The notes under the pieces were generated by a model. That model worked only from the letters and a program-made list of their open reading frames with translations. It did not search any database and was not told the origin of the DNA. From NCBI GenBank assembly GCA_037720155.1, contig JBBJMI010000005.1:255686-319685 (forward strand): a DNA stretch of 64,000 nt, given 5' to 3'. The position numbers and the translations under genes were made by a program. The DNA comes from Chryseolinea sp. GTDB lineage: Bacteria > Bacteroidota > Bacteroidia > Cytophagales > Cyclobacteriaceae. The stretch's first letter is position 1. Each line of letters opens with the position of its first letter. Shown one piece after another: positions 37,054-47,272 of the stretch.

Positions 37054-39222
37054 ATGACGTTTGCGAAAACAACCCGGCGCAATTTTATGAAGCTTGCAGC
37101 GTCAGCGAGTGGTGGATTGTTACTTGGTTTTCATTGGGCTGAAGCAGCAGCTTCATCACCAATGGAGGCAATTAGTTTAGATGGGCTCGCCACTGGCACC
37201 ATCGACTTCAATAGCTATTTATCAATTGCCCCCGATGGCATCATTACCATATTTTCTCCCAATCCCGAGCTGGGTCAAAACATCAAGACTTCTTTTCCCA
37301 TGATCGTCGCCGAAGAGCTTGACGCGAATTGGAAAGCGGTAAAGGTCTTGCAAGCTCCCTTGGATGTCAAGAAGTTCGAGCGCCAGGTTACTGGCGGGAG
37401 CGGCGCAGTTCCTCACTCGTGGGAAAGGCTACGGAAAGCTGGCGCGACAGCGAGACACATGTTGGTAGAGGCTGCAGCGAAGCGTTGGAACGTTCCTGCA
37501 GAATCGCTTACTACTGACCAGAGCACTGTAATTCATAAAGAGTCCGGACGTAAATTTTCATATGGTGAGCTTGCAACTGAGGCTTCAAGGGTTCCAATGC
37601 CAGCCGAAGTCAAACTAAAAGATAAAAAGGATTTCAAGTTGATCGGAACGATTGTTCACAATGTGGACAACTTAGAGATGATCACCGGTAAACCATTATA
37701 CGGACTCGATTTCTATCGTGAGGGGATGCTGTATGCAATGATTCAGCGTCCTGAGTCATTTGGAAAAAAAGTAAAGTCCGTGGACAGCGCCGCTGCCAAG
37801 GCAATGCCGGGTATCGTAGACGTCGTAACATTTAAAAACAATGTGGCGGTAGTTGGCAAATCCACCTGGCAGGTGAGTAAGGCAAGGAAGGCGTTGAAGA
37901 TAGCGTATGAAATAGATGGAACGATCGAAAGCACATCGGATCATGACCAGCTTTTCAAAGACCTTCTGGACAGCACTGACGCAAGCGCGATAACTGTGCG
38001 CAGAAGAGACGGCGAAGTCGATGCTGCATTTAAGAGTGCTGCCAAGGTAATTACCCGCGAATATCAGTGTCCGTTTCTCTCGCATGCGCCCCTTGAACCG
38101 ATGAATTTCTTTGCGCACGTACGGGAGGATGGTGTCGAGCTGGCTGGTCCAACACAAACGCCTGACTTGGCGCGCAATGAGGTAGCAAAACTCCTTGGTA
38201 TTTCACCCTACCAGATTACATTAGAACTCACACGGCTCGGCGGTGGATTTGGCCGCAGACTGAAAACCGACTACGTACTGGAAGCAGCTGAGTTGTCCAG
38301 TATCATTAAAGCGCCAGTCAAAGTCATTTGGACACGCGAAGATGACCTCACTGGTGGAAGCTATCGCCCCGCGGTTCGATATCGCTTCAGCGCAGCGCTG
38401 GATGCTAACGGCGGTCTAATAGGGTATAAGTTGCGTGGTGTTGGAATCAACGCCGGGAATTGCACCCGCGAGGATAATTTTCCTTCTGGAGCAGTGGATA
38501 ATTTGCTTATCGAATCGATAGAACATAAGTCACCTATTACTACCGGAGCCTGGCGTGCACCGATTACCAACTTCCTCGCATTTGCTGAGCAGGCATTCCT
38601 GGACGAAGTGGCGATGGCAGCTAAATCTGATCCAGTGAAGTTCAGAATGAATCTTTTGGAGAAAGCAGCGAAAGCACCCGTCGGCGCGATCAAATATGAC
38701 ATCGATCGCATGAAAGCTGTCATTGCCCTTGCCACTGAGAAATCAGGTTGGGGAACAAAAAAGAATGTCTCTCAGGGATTTAGTGTTTATTTTTCCCATA
38801 GGTCGTATGTTGCGCAGGTTGCAGAGATCTCTATGAAAAAGGGGAAGCCGGTGTTACAAAAAATTTATGCAGCGGCTGACTGCGGCATCGTTGTAAATCT
38901 AAGTGGTGCTTACCAACAGGTTCGCGGTGGCGTTGTTGACGGATTAGGACACGCCATGTACGGCCAGCTCACCTTTAAAGACGGTGCTACCGAACAAAAA
39001 AACTTTAATTCATATCGCCTGATCCGGTTAAAAGAAGTTCCGGAAGTCGATGTTCATTTCGTTAACAATGGCATTGATCCCACAGGACTTGGCGAGCCAG
39101 CGTTGCCCCCCACTGGGGGAGCAGTGGCAAATGCATTGTTTAAGGCAACTGGAAAGCGATTGTATAGTCAGCCATTCTCCAAGCAGGAGGAGTTAAATGC
39201 AAGTGTTGGGGAGAAATTGTGA
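37054..39222 (+). CDS. Molybdopterin-binding large subunit of a xanthine-oxidase-family hydroxylase (IorB-like), Tat-exported
   Basis: 722 aa. The twin-arginine leader is TTRRNFMKLAASASGGLLLG. It has the aldehyde oxidase/xanthine dehydrogenase a/b-hammerhead and Mo-binding region (GGGFGRR). It starts 2 nt after the small-subunit stop. Confidence 0.9.
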   Translation: MTFAKTTRRNFMKLAASASGGLLLGFHWAEAAASSPMEAISLDGLATGTIDFNSYLSIAPDGIITIFSPNPELGQNIKTSFPMIVAEELDANWKAVKVLQAPLDVKKFERQVTGGSGAVPHSWERLRKAGATARHMLVEAAAKRWNVPAESLTTDQSTVIHKESGRKFSYGELATEASRVPMPAEVKLKDKKDFKLIGTIVHNVDNLEMITGKPLYGLDFYREGMLYAMIQRPESFGKKVKSVDSAAAKAMPGIVDVVTFKNNVAVVGKSTWQVSKARKALKIAYEIDGTIESTSDHDQLFKDLLDSTDASAITVRRRDGEVDAAFKSAAKVITREYQCPFLSHAPLEPMNFFAHVREDGVELAGPTQTPDLARNEVAKLLGISPYQITLELTRLGGGFGRRLKTDYVLEAAELSSIIKAPVKVIWTREDDLTGGSYRPAVRYRFSAALDANGGLIGYKLRGVGINAGNCTREDNFPSGAVDNLLIESIEHKSPITTGAWRAPITNFLAFAEQAFLDEVAMAAKSDPVKFRMNLLEKAAKAPVGAIKYDIDRMKAVIALATEKSGWGTKKNVSQGFSVYFSHRSYVAQVAEISMKKGKPVLQKIYAAADCGIVVNLSGAYQQVRGGVVDGLGHAMYGQLTFKDGATEQKNFNSYRLIRLKEVPEVDVHFVNNGIDPTGLGEPALPPTGGAVANALFKATGKRLYSQPFSKQEELNASVGEKL

Positions 39223-39317
39223 CCGATGTCGTAGTACATTTAACGTAATATTTTTTGAGTCCGACAAGGCTTATTATATTTGACCAGCCCATTCATTATC
39301 TTATTCAAACCGTGCCC

Positions 39318-40043
39318 ATGATAGAACCTGACCAGGATGAAAAAATACTGTCCATCGATATAGGGGGGTCACGTATCAAGGCAATTATGATGGACTCCTC
39401 AGGTAATTTATTAATTGAATACAAGAGGTTAGATACCCCGTTCCCCGCTACCCCTGATCGCGTAATCGAGATCGTCGCTCAGCTTGCTTCTGAATTTCCA
39501 GGCTTTACGAGGATATCCGTTGGATTTCCAGGTTATGTAAAAAAGGGCGTTGTTCTGACAGCGCCAAACCTTGGCACAGACTACTGGAGCGGAACGGATT
39601 TTGGTAAGCTGTTGACCGACTTATTGAAAAAACCGGTGCGAATCGTTAATGATGCCGACCTGCAAGGTCTTGGCATTGCAAAGGGGCAGGGCCTCGAAAT
39701 GATTATTACGTTGGGAACCGGATTCGGAACAGCATTACTGATGGATGGTATTTTGTTGCCCCATCTTGAACTGGCACATCACCCTTTCTCCAAGGGTCGT
39801 GAATACGACGAATATATTGGCAACAGAGGCTATCTTGAAGCGGGGCCTGAACGTTGGAACAGCAGATTACAAAAAGTAATCGGTGCTTTAAAAGTTGTTT
39901 TCAACTATGACCATCTCTACATCAGTGGTGGAAATGCCAAGAAAATAACTTTCGACCTTGATAGAAACATCACCGTTGCCAGTAATATGGACGGAATCCG
40001 GGGTGGTGCACAACTCTGGCAGAAGGATCATTACAATGTGTAG
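39318..40043 (+). CDS. ppgK: ROK-family polyphosphate/ATP glucokinase-like protein
   Basis: The ATP site is LSIDIGGSRIKA. It lacks the CxCGxxGC zinc motif. Its size (about 241 aa from ATG 39318) is typical of PpgK. The symbol is tentative. Confidence 0.7.
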   Translation: MIEPDQDEKILSIDIGGSRIKAIMMDSSGNLLIEYKRLDTPFPATPDRVIEIVAQLASEFPGFTRISVGFPGYVKKGVVLTAPNLGTDYWSGTDFGKLLTDLLKKPVRIVNDADLQGLGIAKGQGLEMIITLGTGFGTALLMDGILLPHLELAHHPFSKGREYDEYIGNRGYLEAGPERWNSRLQKVIGALKVVFNYDHLYISGGNAKKITFDLDRNITVASNMDGIRGGAQLWQKDHYNV

Positions 40044-40134
40044 TGCTTTGATTGCCTTTGACAAATTGCCTGATTCCGCTCGATTGAGTGTATTGCCTCA
40101 AACCATTGCACGGAATAATTCCTAATCGTCTGCG

Positions 40135-41385
40135 ATGAACCGATCGATATATGAAGTGATCATCATTGGTGCGGGCCACGCCGGGTTGAGCGCGAGTTAT
40201 TACCTGAAGCATCTTGGCCTTGAGCACATAGTATTTGAGCGGGGCAGAATAGGGGAGACGTGGCGCACACAGCGATGGGACAACTTCAAAATGCTGACAC
40301 CGAATCGGCTAAATGCCCTCCCCGGACATGCTACAAAGTTCAGGCAACCAGATGGGTTTGCGAGCGCGCAGGAATTTGTGGCAACGCTACGAGAATACGT
40401 AAATAATTTCGTCCTGCCTATTTCTGAAAACTCGAACGTTATTTCTGTCGAAAAGCTTCCTGGCTCACCAGTCTTTAGCGTAAAAGTATCTCACGACAAC
40501 GAACCCGTAAGAACCTATGACGCCTGGCAGGTGATTGTCGCGCCAGGAATGCAAAACGAAAAATTATTTCCCTCGTTTGCCCGGTTAGTTTCCCGACGCA
40601 TTATCCAGATCCATTCAAGCGAGTATAAAAATCCCACGCAATTGGTTGAGGGTACTGTACTAATTGTCGGCAGTGGTCAATCAGGCTGTCAGATCGCGGA
40701 TGACCTTCTTGAAGCTGGAAGGAGTGTTGTAGTAGCATGTACGCCACAAGCATTTTTGCCACGGACTTATCGCGACAAGGATATAATGGATTGGATGATC
40801 TTGTGTAAGGTCGTGGATGAGCCGATAAGTTCTGACGATCCCTACCTTGGTGGAAAGAACCCTGTTATCGAAACGTCTAATGCAGACCAAGGCGATGCCA
40901 GTCTTCGTTCCCTCGCTAAACGCGGCGCACTGATCGTCGGATCTCTGACGAACGCCTCTGGCGAGGCCGTTTCGATTGCGGATAATGCAAGCGCGGTAAT
41001 AAAATCCGTTGATAAATTCACCTTGTCAATAAAGGAATTGATCGACTCCTACATCATTGACAACCAGCTGCAGATTCCGCCTGTGACTGAAGGGGACGAA
41101 AGTCCAGTGACTGTGAATGCGTCTGATGCATTGAATCTTAACCTGCAAGATCACGATATCACTACCATCGTTTGGGCTACTGGCCACACCGGCAATCTGA
41201 ATTTCCTTCGGTTACCGATATTTGACGAACGAGGGACAGTAATTCAGCAGTCGGGCGTAACCGCTGTAGATGGCCTGTACGTGATAGGTTCGCCATGGCA
41301 GGGACTCAAAAAAAATGCTTTCATTTTCGGAATCAAGGATGACACCAGCTTTGTCACGAATAAGATCTACAGCATTCTGCGATAG
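40135..41385 (+). CDS. NAD(P)/FAD-dependent oxidoreductase (flavin-monooxygenase-like, two dinucleotide-binding motifs)
   Basis: The two dinucleotide-binding motifs are VIIIGAGHAGLSASYYL and VLIVGSGQSGCQIADDL. 416 aa. Confidence 0.75.
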   Translation: MNRSIYEVIIIGAGHAGLSASYYLKHLGLEHIVFERGRIGETWRTQRWDNFKMLTPNRLNALPGHATKFRQPDGFASAQEFVATLREYVNNFVLPISENSNVISVEKLPGSPVFSVKVSHDNEPVRTYDAWQVIVAPGMQNEKLFPSFARLVSRRIIQIHSSEYKNPTQLVEGTVLIVGSGQSGCQIADDLLEAGRSVVVACTPQAFLPRTYRDKDIMDWMILCKVVDEPISSDDPYLGGKNPVIETSNADQGDASLRSLAKRGALIVGSLTNASGEAVSIADNASAVIKSVDKFTLSIKELIDSYIIDNQLQIPPVTEGDESPVTVNASDALNLNLQDHDITTIVWATGHTGNLNFLRLPIFDERGTVIQQSGVTAVDGLYVIGSPWQGLKKNAFIFGIKDDTSFVTNKIYSILR

Positions 41386-41399
41386 CAATTTGACTAAGG

Positions 41400-42698
41400 T
41401 CATTCAGTTAATTCAGGGTCAACGATTCTTTCAATCTTTCCAACAATGAAAATATAAGACAGTGCGCCAACGAGTCCCAGCGCGCCGATGAAGACCAGGG
41501 CTGGTTTGAAGTCGCCGTCCTTTGCAAGATATCCAATAACGATCGGTACAATGATGGACGCGAGATTTCCCATAAAATTGAATACGCCTCCTGTTAATCC
41601 CACCAGATGCTTTGGAGATAGAAGTGAAACAAAGACCCATGAGATCAAGGCCATTCCCGAGCCAAAAAAGGCAAGCGCTAGAAAGAATATAACCATGGCA
41701 GTGTCATTTGTATAATTAGCGCCGATGATGCTTGTTGAGAGCAACAAGCCAAAGATGATTGGCGTTTTTCGCGCGATGCTGACCGACGTACCCTGCCGGA
41801 CCAATCGATCGGAAACAAAGCCAGACAATAACAGTCCAGCGCATGCAGCGAGAAACGGCACGGACGCCAGATACCCCGACTTTATAAAGTCCAAACCGCG
41901 GTATTTCACGAGGTAAGTGGGAAACCAGGTTAGGAAAAACCAAAGCGTCGCATTCACCGCAAACTGTCCTATGTATACGCCCCAAAGCGTGCGGCTGGAA
42001 AATACCTGCTTCACATTCGTCCAGCTCCAGGTAGCCTTACCGTTAGATTTGGGCTTATTGACGGAACCACCACCACGCTCGATATAATCAAGCTCTGACT
42101 GGCTGACTTTTTTATGTTCGAGCGGATCGCGGTAAAATGCGTACCATACAACTCCCCACACCAATCCGATTAATCCGGTAATGAAGAAAAGTCCGCGCCA
42201 GCCGTAAGCGACCTGGACAAGGGCAAGCACGGGTGTTAGGAACGCCAGACCAATGAATTGTCCCGATACATACAACGCTATGGCTGATGCACGTTCATGA
42301 TCGGGGAACCAACTGGTAACAATGCGATTATTAATAGGATAGGACGGTGCCTCAAACGCGCCAGTGGCAAGCCGAAATCCAAACAAACTCACAAACCCGC
42401 TGGCAAGACCCTGGCACAAGGTGGCGATAGACCAGGTTATGAGGCAGGCCGCATATAAAATGCGCGGACCAAATCGATCCGCGATAAGGCCCCCGGGAAT
42501 TTGTAGTGCTGCATAGGTCCAACCAAAGGCTGAAAAAATATATCCTAGTTGAACAGGGGAGAGCTCCAGGTCTTTGCTCAGCGCCGGCGCGGCAACAGAA
42601 ATATTGGTTCGGTCAAGATAATTAATGACAACGTTGATGAAGACCAGCGCGAGCATACCATACCTCACGTTTGTTTTTTTTGGGACAAGGTCAATCAT
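41400..42698 (-). CDS. MFS transporter, ACS (anion:cation symporter; galactonate/hexuronate-type) family
   Basis: 432 aa with 12 hydrophobic segments. It has NYLDRTNISVAAP, GGLIADRFGPR and other ACS-family-like motifs. Confidence 0.85.
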   Translation of the reverse strand: MIDLVPKKTNVRYGMLALVFINVVINYLDRTNISVAAPALSKDLELSPVQLGYIFSAFGWTYAALQIPGGLIADRFGPRILYAACLITWSIATLCQGLASGFVSLFGFRLATGAFEAPSYPINNRIVTSWFPDHERASAIALYVSGQFIGLAFLTPVLALVQVAYGWRGLFFITGLIGLVWGVVWYAFYRDPLEHKKVSQSELDYIERGGGSVNKPKSNGKATWSWTNVKQVFSSRTLWGVYIGQFAVNATLWFFLTWFPTYLVKYRGLDFIKSGYLASVPFLAACAGLLLSGFVSDRLVRQGTSVSIARKTPIIFGLLLSTSIIGANYTNDTAMVIFFLALAFFGSGMALISWVFVSLLSPKHLVGLTGGVFNFMGNLASIIVPIVIGYLAKDGDFKPALVFIGALGLVGALSYIFIVGKIERIVDPELTE

Positions 42699-42760
42699 AA
42701 CGAAATATGGATAAGAGATTAGTAGTTTCTACGATCAACATCAATCGATCATACGCTCGT

Positions 42761-43546
42761 TTACTTGGCTGTCCATCCGCCGTCGACCGTTAGCATAGAA
42801 CCAACCATATAGTTCGAGGCAGCGCTTGCCAGATAGATTGCCGCCCCCTGGATTTCTTCTAGCTTCGCCCAACGCCCCAGGGCAGTAGCACCGACAACAA
42901 ATTTTTTAGCTTCTTCTGAATCCGCAATGGGTACATTCATTTCTGTAAGGAACGGACCTGGACAAATGGCATTCACATGAACATTAAACGGTGCCAGCTC
43001 CAGTGCCAGTGCTCGGGTCATCTGCACAACGGCTCCTTTACTTGAGGCATAAGGCGTTCGGTTTGCAAGACCTACAAGTCCAAGGGTGCTGGCGAGATTA
43101 ATAATTTTGCCACTTCCATTTTTTTTCATGTAAGGGGTAACTGCCCTGCAAGCCAGCCACGTCCCAGTCACGTTAACTTCCATCACTTTTGAAAAGTCGA
43201 GTGGCGTAACTTCATCTATGGGTCCGCGAATATTGATTCCCGCACTGTTAATCAGAATATCGATTTTTCCAAAGCGTGACGCTGCCTCGGTTGCCATTGC
43301 TTCGGCCTGGTCGACTATTGTAACATCGGCGCTAAAGCACATTGCCTTGGTGCCGTATAGATTTTCCAACTCTTCGGCGGCAAGCTTGCCTTCGGACGCT
43401 GTGCGATTGACAAGCATTACGTTTGCGCCTGCCGAAGCAAGGCCTGCCGCCATGGCCAATCCGAGGCCCTTCGATCCGCCCGTAATTATGGCTGACTTTC
43501 CATGCAGGTCGAATAATTTAATTCCAGGAAGTTTTTCCATAAACAA
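42761..43546 (-). CDS. SDR-family oxidoreductase (gluconate 5-dehydrogenase / KduD-like)
   Basis: The cofactor-binding motif is AIITGGSKGLGLAMA (TGxxxGxG), with NSAG. The catalytic motif is YASSKGAV (YxxxK). No signal peptide is seen. Confidence 0.9.
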   Translation of the reverse strand: MFMEKLPGIKLFDLHGKSAIITGGSKGLGLAMAAGLASAGANVMLVNRTASEGKLAAEELENLYGTKAMCFSADVTIVDQAEAMATEAASRFGKIDILINSAGINIRGPIDEVTPLDFSKVMEVNVTGTWLACRAVTPYMKKNGSGKIINLASTLGLVGLANRTPYASSKGAVVQMTRALALELAPFNVHVNAICPGPFLTEMNVPIADSEEAKKFVVGATALGRWAKLEEIQGAAIYLASAASNYMVGSMLTVDGGWTAK

Positions 43547-43570
43547 TGAGTATAGAAATTATTCTACTTT

Positions 43571-44668
43571 TTATTTAAGCCCGAGTGAGTTTTTACTTTG
43601 CTCAAGGCATGACAAAATATTCTTTTCCTCGACGGCGAGTCGCTCATCGACGGTTAAATGAGAAACCCGCGGTAACCCATTCGCAAACTTTTTAGTCCTC
43701 GCCGTGTGTAGTGTTCGCGCCAGATCCTTTCCTATGACATCAGGCAGTGTTTGCCAGTAATCGTCCGTAAGACATGGTACTTTCAAGGGGTCTCTGGTGA
43801 TCATCTCCAAATTAAAGGTTGCATCGGAATTATTCTTTTTGCAAATCGCGACTATGGCTGGGAGATCGAGTATGCCCTGACCCAAGGGCACTTCCGAAAG
43901 TAGAATCCCGTCCTCACATTCGTCAACACCCATATCTTTCACGTGGGTAGTAAATAGATACGGTGCCAGGGTGGTAACAACCTCCATGGGATCCTCCATT
44001 AGCGCAATACTATTTCCAAAGTCAAGTGTTACACCAATCCATTCGCTGTCCAACTTTTTAATGATGCCCACCAGCTCAGGCGCTCTCCAGTCTTTATGGT
44101 TTTCTACGGCTAGTTTCATCTTGTGTTTTTGTAGGATCGGTGCTGCCAGTCTCAAAGCAGCAAGGGCTTCGGTATGTGCTTTTTCGAAGTCGGCCGCCGA
44201 ATGGTAAACTTCGTATCTTCTTCCCGAGGTGCAGACTGACCGAAGTACTGTTGCGCCCGCTTCTTTGGCAGCGATCACCTCCTTTTCAAATTCTGAAACA
44301 TCACCAGCTTGAAAGGGTACGGCAATTGATCCTTCAACGTACATATTAAACTTTTCCCTTCTGTCGCGGACTTGGTTTGAAAAATCTTTTGTCCATCCTT
44401 TTACGCCAACCTGAATTCCGGCTGCGCCGATGTGGTGACAATGTGTAAGCAGATCCAGTGCGTCTTTGAACCCCGGAAATTGATGACTGTTAGTTTTCGA
44501 ATTCCACCTGCTTGCGTATGAATGCACCACGATTCCCATCCGCTTGTCCTTGATAAACCCTGCTGATCCCGGTAAGGTTAGCGCTAGTGTGGCCGCGGAC
44601 ATGTGTCCCAGGAACTCCCGCCGGTTCACCTTTTTGCTTCCAGATAAATTAAGAATTTTGCTATCCAT
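43571..44668 (-). CDS. Xylose-isomerase-like TIM-barrel protein (sugar phosphate isomerase/epimerase family) with a Tat leader
   Basis: The twin-arginine leader is KVNRREFLGHMSAATLALTLPGSAG. The metal-site-type segments are KLAVENH and VTLDFGNS. 365 aa. Confidence 0.8.
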   Translation of the reverse strand: MDSKILNLSGSKKVNRREFLGHMSAATLALTLPGSAGFIKDKRMGIVVHSYASRWNSKTNSHQFPGFKDALDLLTHCHHIGAAGIQVGVKGWTKDFSNQVRDRREKFNMYVEGSIAVPFQAGDVSEFEKEVIAAKEAGATVLRSVCTSGRRYEVYHSAADFEKAHTEALAALRLAAPILQKHKMKLAVENHKDWRAPELVGIIKKLDSEWIGVTLDFGNSIALMEDPMEVVTTLAPYLFTTHVKDMGVDECEDGILLSEVPLGQGILDLPAIVAICKKNNSDATFNLEMITRDPLKVPCLTDDYWQTLPDVIGKDLARTLHTARTKKFANGLPRVSHLTVDERLAVEEKNILSCLEQSKNSLGLK

Positions 44669-44709
44669 ATTCAGTTCGTTAAGGACGATTATTCATTCAT
44701 GCTCGGCTC

Positions 44710-47223
44710 CTAATTTGGCTTATTGAGAAAGGCATTTAACGCTTCTGGAGTCCAAGGCTGCACTTTTCCCTGGGATGTATGACGTGTTTTTCCCACCAGA
44801 TTCGGAGAAATGACGCCGGCGTGGTTGCCCCACGCATTGCGTACATAATTCATGATGGCAGAAATGGCGTCATCATCCATTTTAGCAAGCGAGGGCATGA
44901 CGGGAAGGATATCAGGTATACCGTATTGTTTACCGGCTACATTGATTGGACCTTCAAGCCCGTGAAGAATAATCAGCGTTAATCTTTTTTCATTACCCGT
45001 TACCCATTCCGAGGTAGACAGCGGTGGAGCGAAGCGTTTGAGACCGGCACCATCACTGCCGTGACATCCTGCGCAATTCGTTAGATAGTGCTGCCGGCCA
45101 AGTGCAAATTGCTTTTGATCGACGACTATCTTTTTCGAAAGCATCGCGGAATCCGGCATGGTGACTTCATGACCTGGCCATTCAAACATTGACGCTAGAG
45201 TCACTAATTTTGAGGAATCAATTGAGGCTTGATTTTGAGTGAATATTGCCGGAGCAGATAAGAGCTTGACTGGACTTGAGCCTTCGATGGGGCCTTGTAT
45301 TGACAGCCCGGTAAGTATTGTCTGCTCCTTCCATCCAAACTTGTCGCGCCTTACATTTAATCTTGCAAGTATTCTACTTAACTCGTCGGACTTCCGGTTT
45401 TTTACAATACATGTTGTGAGCTGCTCTAGAAATATTTCGTGCGACGGTGTGCTGTTTTTCCAACTGCTCGATTTATCCAGTGCGGTGAGAAAACTAAATT
45501 CTTCGTGTTCAAGACTGCTGAGCACGGCGTCGCGAATAAAGGCTGAAGTATCGTAATTATCGATGATTTTGGTCAACAGTGACAAACGGGTCAGCGGCGG
45601 CAGTACCCCAGCCGTTAGCGCGACTTGCAGAACTTCCTTTTCACTTCCATTAACCATAACAGCTATTCTCTCGGACAGCCGGGTAGCGACAGCGTTGCTG
45701 CGCACTGCGAATGGTTCAAGGAGTCTTAGCGAATGAATACGAATTAGTTCGTCGCGATCTCCGAGCAATGATAACAGCAGGTCAGGATCAAGAACCGAGA
45801 GTCCTTTAAGGATGTAGAGTGCATGGTAGCGTGCCAGTGTATTTGCGTCGGAGTGAACTAGTTTTTCCAGGGTCGATGTGCCAGAAGTGTCACCGCGTTC
45901 GACCAATAGCCGTTGAGCTACATCCCGATACCAACCATTTCCGTTGGACAAAAGGGAAATCAACTCTTGAGAACTTTTTTGGGAGAGTTTTGGCAATACT
46001 TCGTGCTTCCAATTTTTTGGAACAATGCGCCAAATCCTGCCGAAATTTACAGGCTTCTCCAGATTGCGACTGAGGGTCTGCTCTCGCAGATAGGGAGTCA
46101 CGTACGCGCCGTGTTGAATCAACCCGCGATACATGTCTGCAAGGTATAAGCCTCCGTCCGGTCCGCTGGCGATAAAAACAGGCCTGAATCTTTCATCGGT
46201 CGATGCGAGAAACTCGTTGCCAGGATGCGCGTCATGTGCAGCGATACGAATTCCATCATTCATCAGTATGTTGCGTTTTACCAGATTTCCCGCTGGCTCA
46301 CACACGAAAACATTGCCATAATATTCATTTGGTAGAGCGGAACCTCTGTAATAAAATGGTGAACATGCAGCGGTGAATTCTACCAACTTTCCCTGATCGC
46401 TGAGTGTTCCCGGAATGTATCCACGGTTCACTGCGGGAGTGGCACGTGCCGGATACACTCTGCGGTCGGACGTTAGTCCGTGGTCTATCCCGGTCGTTGG
46501 CGTGTGATTGGAATTTCTACCGATATTGTTAGGAGGAACAAGGTCAGCATGTAATTGCGACCAGTTGTAATTATAGTATAGACGCCCTTCGTCATCATGG
46601 CTTATTCCCCATTGCCCACGAAACTCCGTGGTGTCGCGTTCCCATTTGTTTTTATTGAGACGGTATCTGAATTTCGATTTCGCGTTGTAATACCAGTTGT
46701 CGGTGCCGCGAAGCAATCCATTACCCGCGTGTTCCGGAAATGCGCTGCCAGCGTAGTCTGGATCGATGAGCGTTTTTTTGTCAGCTTTTAAATCGTGGTC
46801 AGTGTCCTCGGTTAACCACAGTGCTTGATTTTCTGCGACTAGCGCACCGCCTTTGACAATGGCAAGCGCTCGCGGCAGGATCAGGCTATCCATATACACT
46901 GTGCTCCGATCCATGCGTCCGTCGCCGTCGTCATCTTCCAACACAGAAATTCGCCCGATGCGATTCTGCTCGCCTGTGCCGTCAACATCGGGCATAAATC
47001 CGCGCATTTCAACGACCCATAATCTGTTATCCTCATCGAAGGTGATTACGACGGGATCCTGAACCAAAGGCTCTGCTGCGACGAGCTGAATGGTCAGTCC
47101 AGGTTCCAGTGCAAAGGATGACAGTTCATCTTCTGGCTCCTTTGGCGGAGAGGGTCCTTTCGTGCAGCCATTGATGAAGATCAACACGCAGAGAAGCAGA
47201 ATGTGCGCAAGAAGCTTCAGCAT
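44710..47223 (-). CDS. PVC-type heme-binding lipoprotein: membrane-bound-dehydrogenase-like N-domain, HEAT-like repeats and a C-terminal cytochrome c
   Basis: The lipobox is LIFINGCTKG. The N-domain reads FALEPGLTIQLVAAEPLVQDPVVITFDEDNRLWVVEMRGFMPD. The middle is helical and Leu-rich. The C-terminal heme site is YLTNCAGCHG, with a downstream Met candidate (LPVMPS). Confidence 0.8.
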   Translation of the reverse strand: MLKLLAHILLLCVLIFINGCTKGPSPPKEPEDELSSFALEPGLTIQLVAAEPLVQDPVVITFDEDNRLWVVEMRGFMPDVDGTGEQNRIGRISVLEDDDGDGRMDRSTVYMDSLILPRALAIVKGGALVAENQALWLTEDTDHDLKADKKTLIDPDYAGSAFPEHAGNGLLRGTDNWYYNAKSKFRYRLNKNKWERDTTEFRGQWGISHDDEGRLYYNYNWSQLHADLVPPNNIGRNSNHTPTTGIDHGLTSDRRVYPARATPAVNRGYIPGTLSDQGKLVEFTAACSPFYYRGSALPNEYYGNVFVCEPAGNLVKRNILMNDGIRIAAHDAHPGNEFLASTDERFRPVFIASGPDGGLYLADMYRGLIQHGAYVTPYLREQTLSRNLEKPVNFGRIWRIVPKNWKHEVLPKLSQKSSQELISLLSNGNGWYRDVAQRLLVERGDTSGTSTLEKLVHSDANTLARYHALYILKGLSVLDPDLLLSLLGDRDELIRIHSLRLLEPFAVRSNAVATRLSERIAVMVNGSEKEVLQVALTAGVLPPLTRLSLLTKIIDNYDTSAFIRDAVLSSLEHEEFSFLTALDKSSSWKNSTPSHEIFLEQLTTCIVKNRKSDELSRILARLNVRRDKFGWKEQTILTGLSIQGPIEGSSPVKLLSAPAIFTQNQASIDSSKLVTLASMFEWPGHEVTMPDSAMLSKKIVVDQKQFALGRQHYLTNCAGCHGSDGAGLKRFAPPLSTSEWVTGNEKRLTLIILHGLEGPINVAGKQYGIPDILPVMPSLAKMDDDAISAIMNYVRNAWGNHAGVISPNLVGKTRHTSQGKVQPWTPEALNAFLNKPN

Positions 47224-47272
47224 CTTAAGTATCGCTATTTCAAAGTAGTCTTGGGTATGGCGGCCAGGCCGG

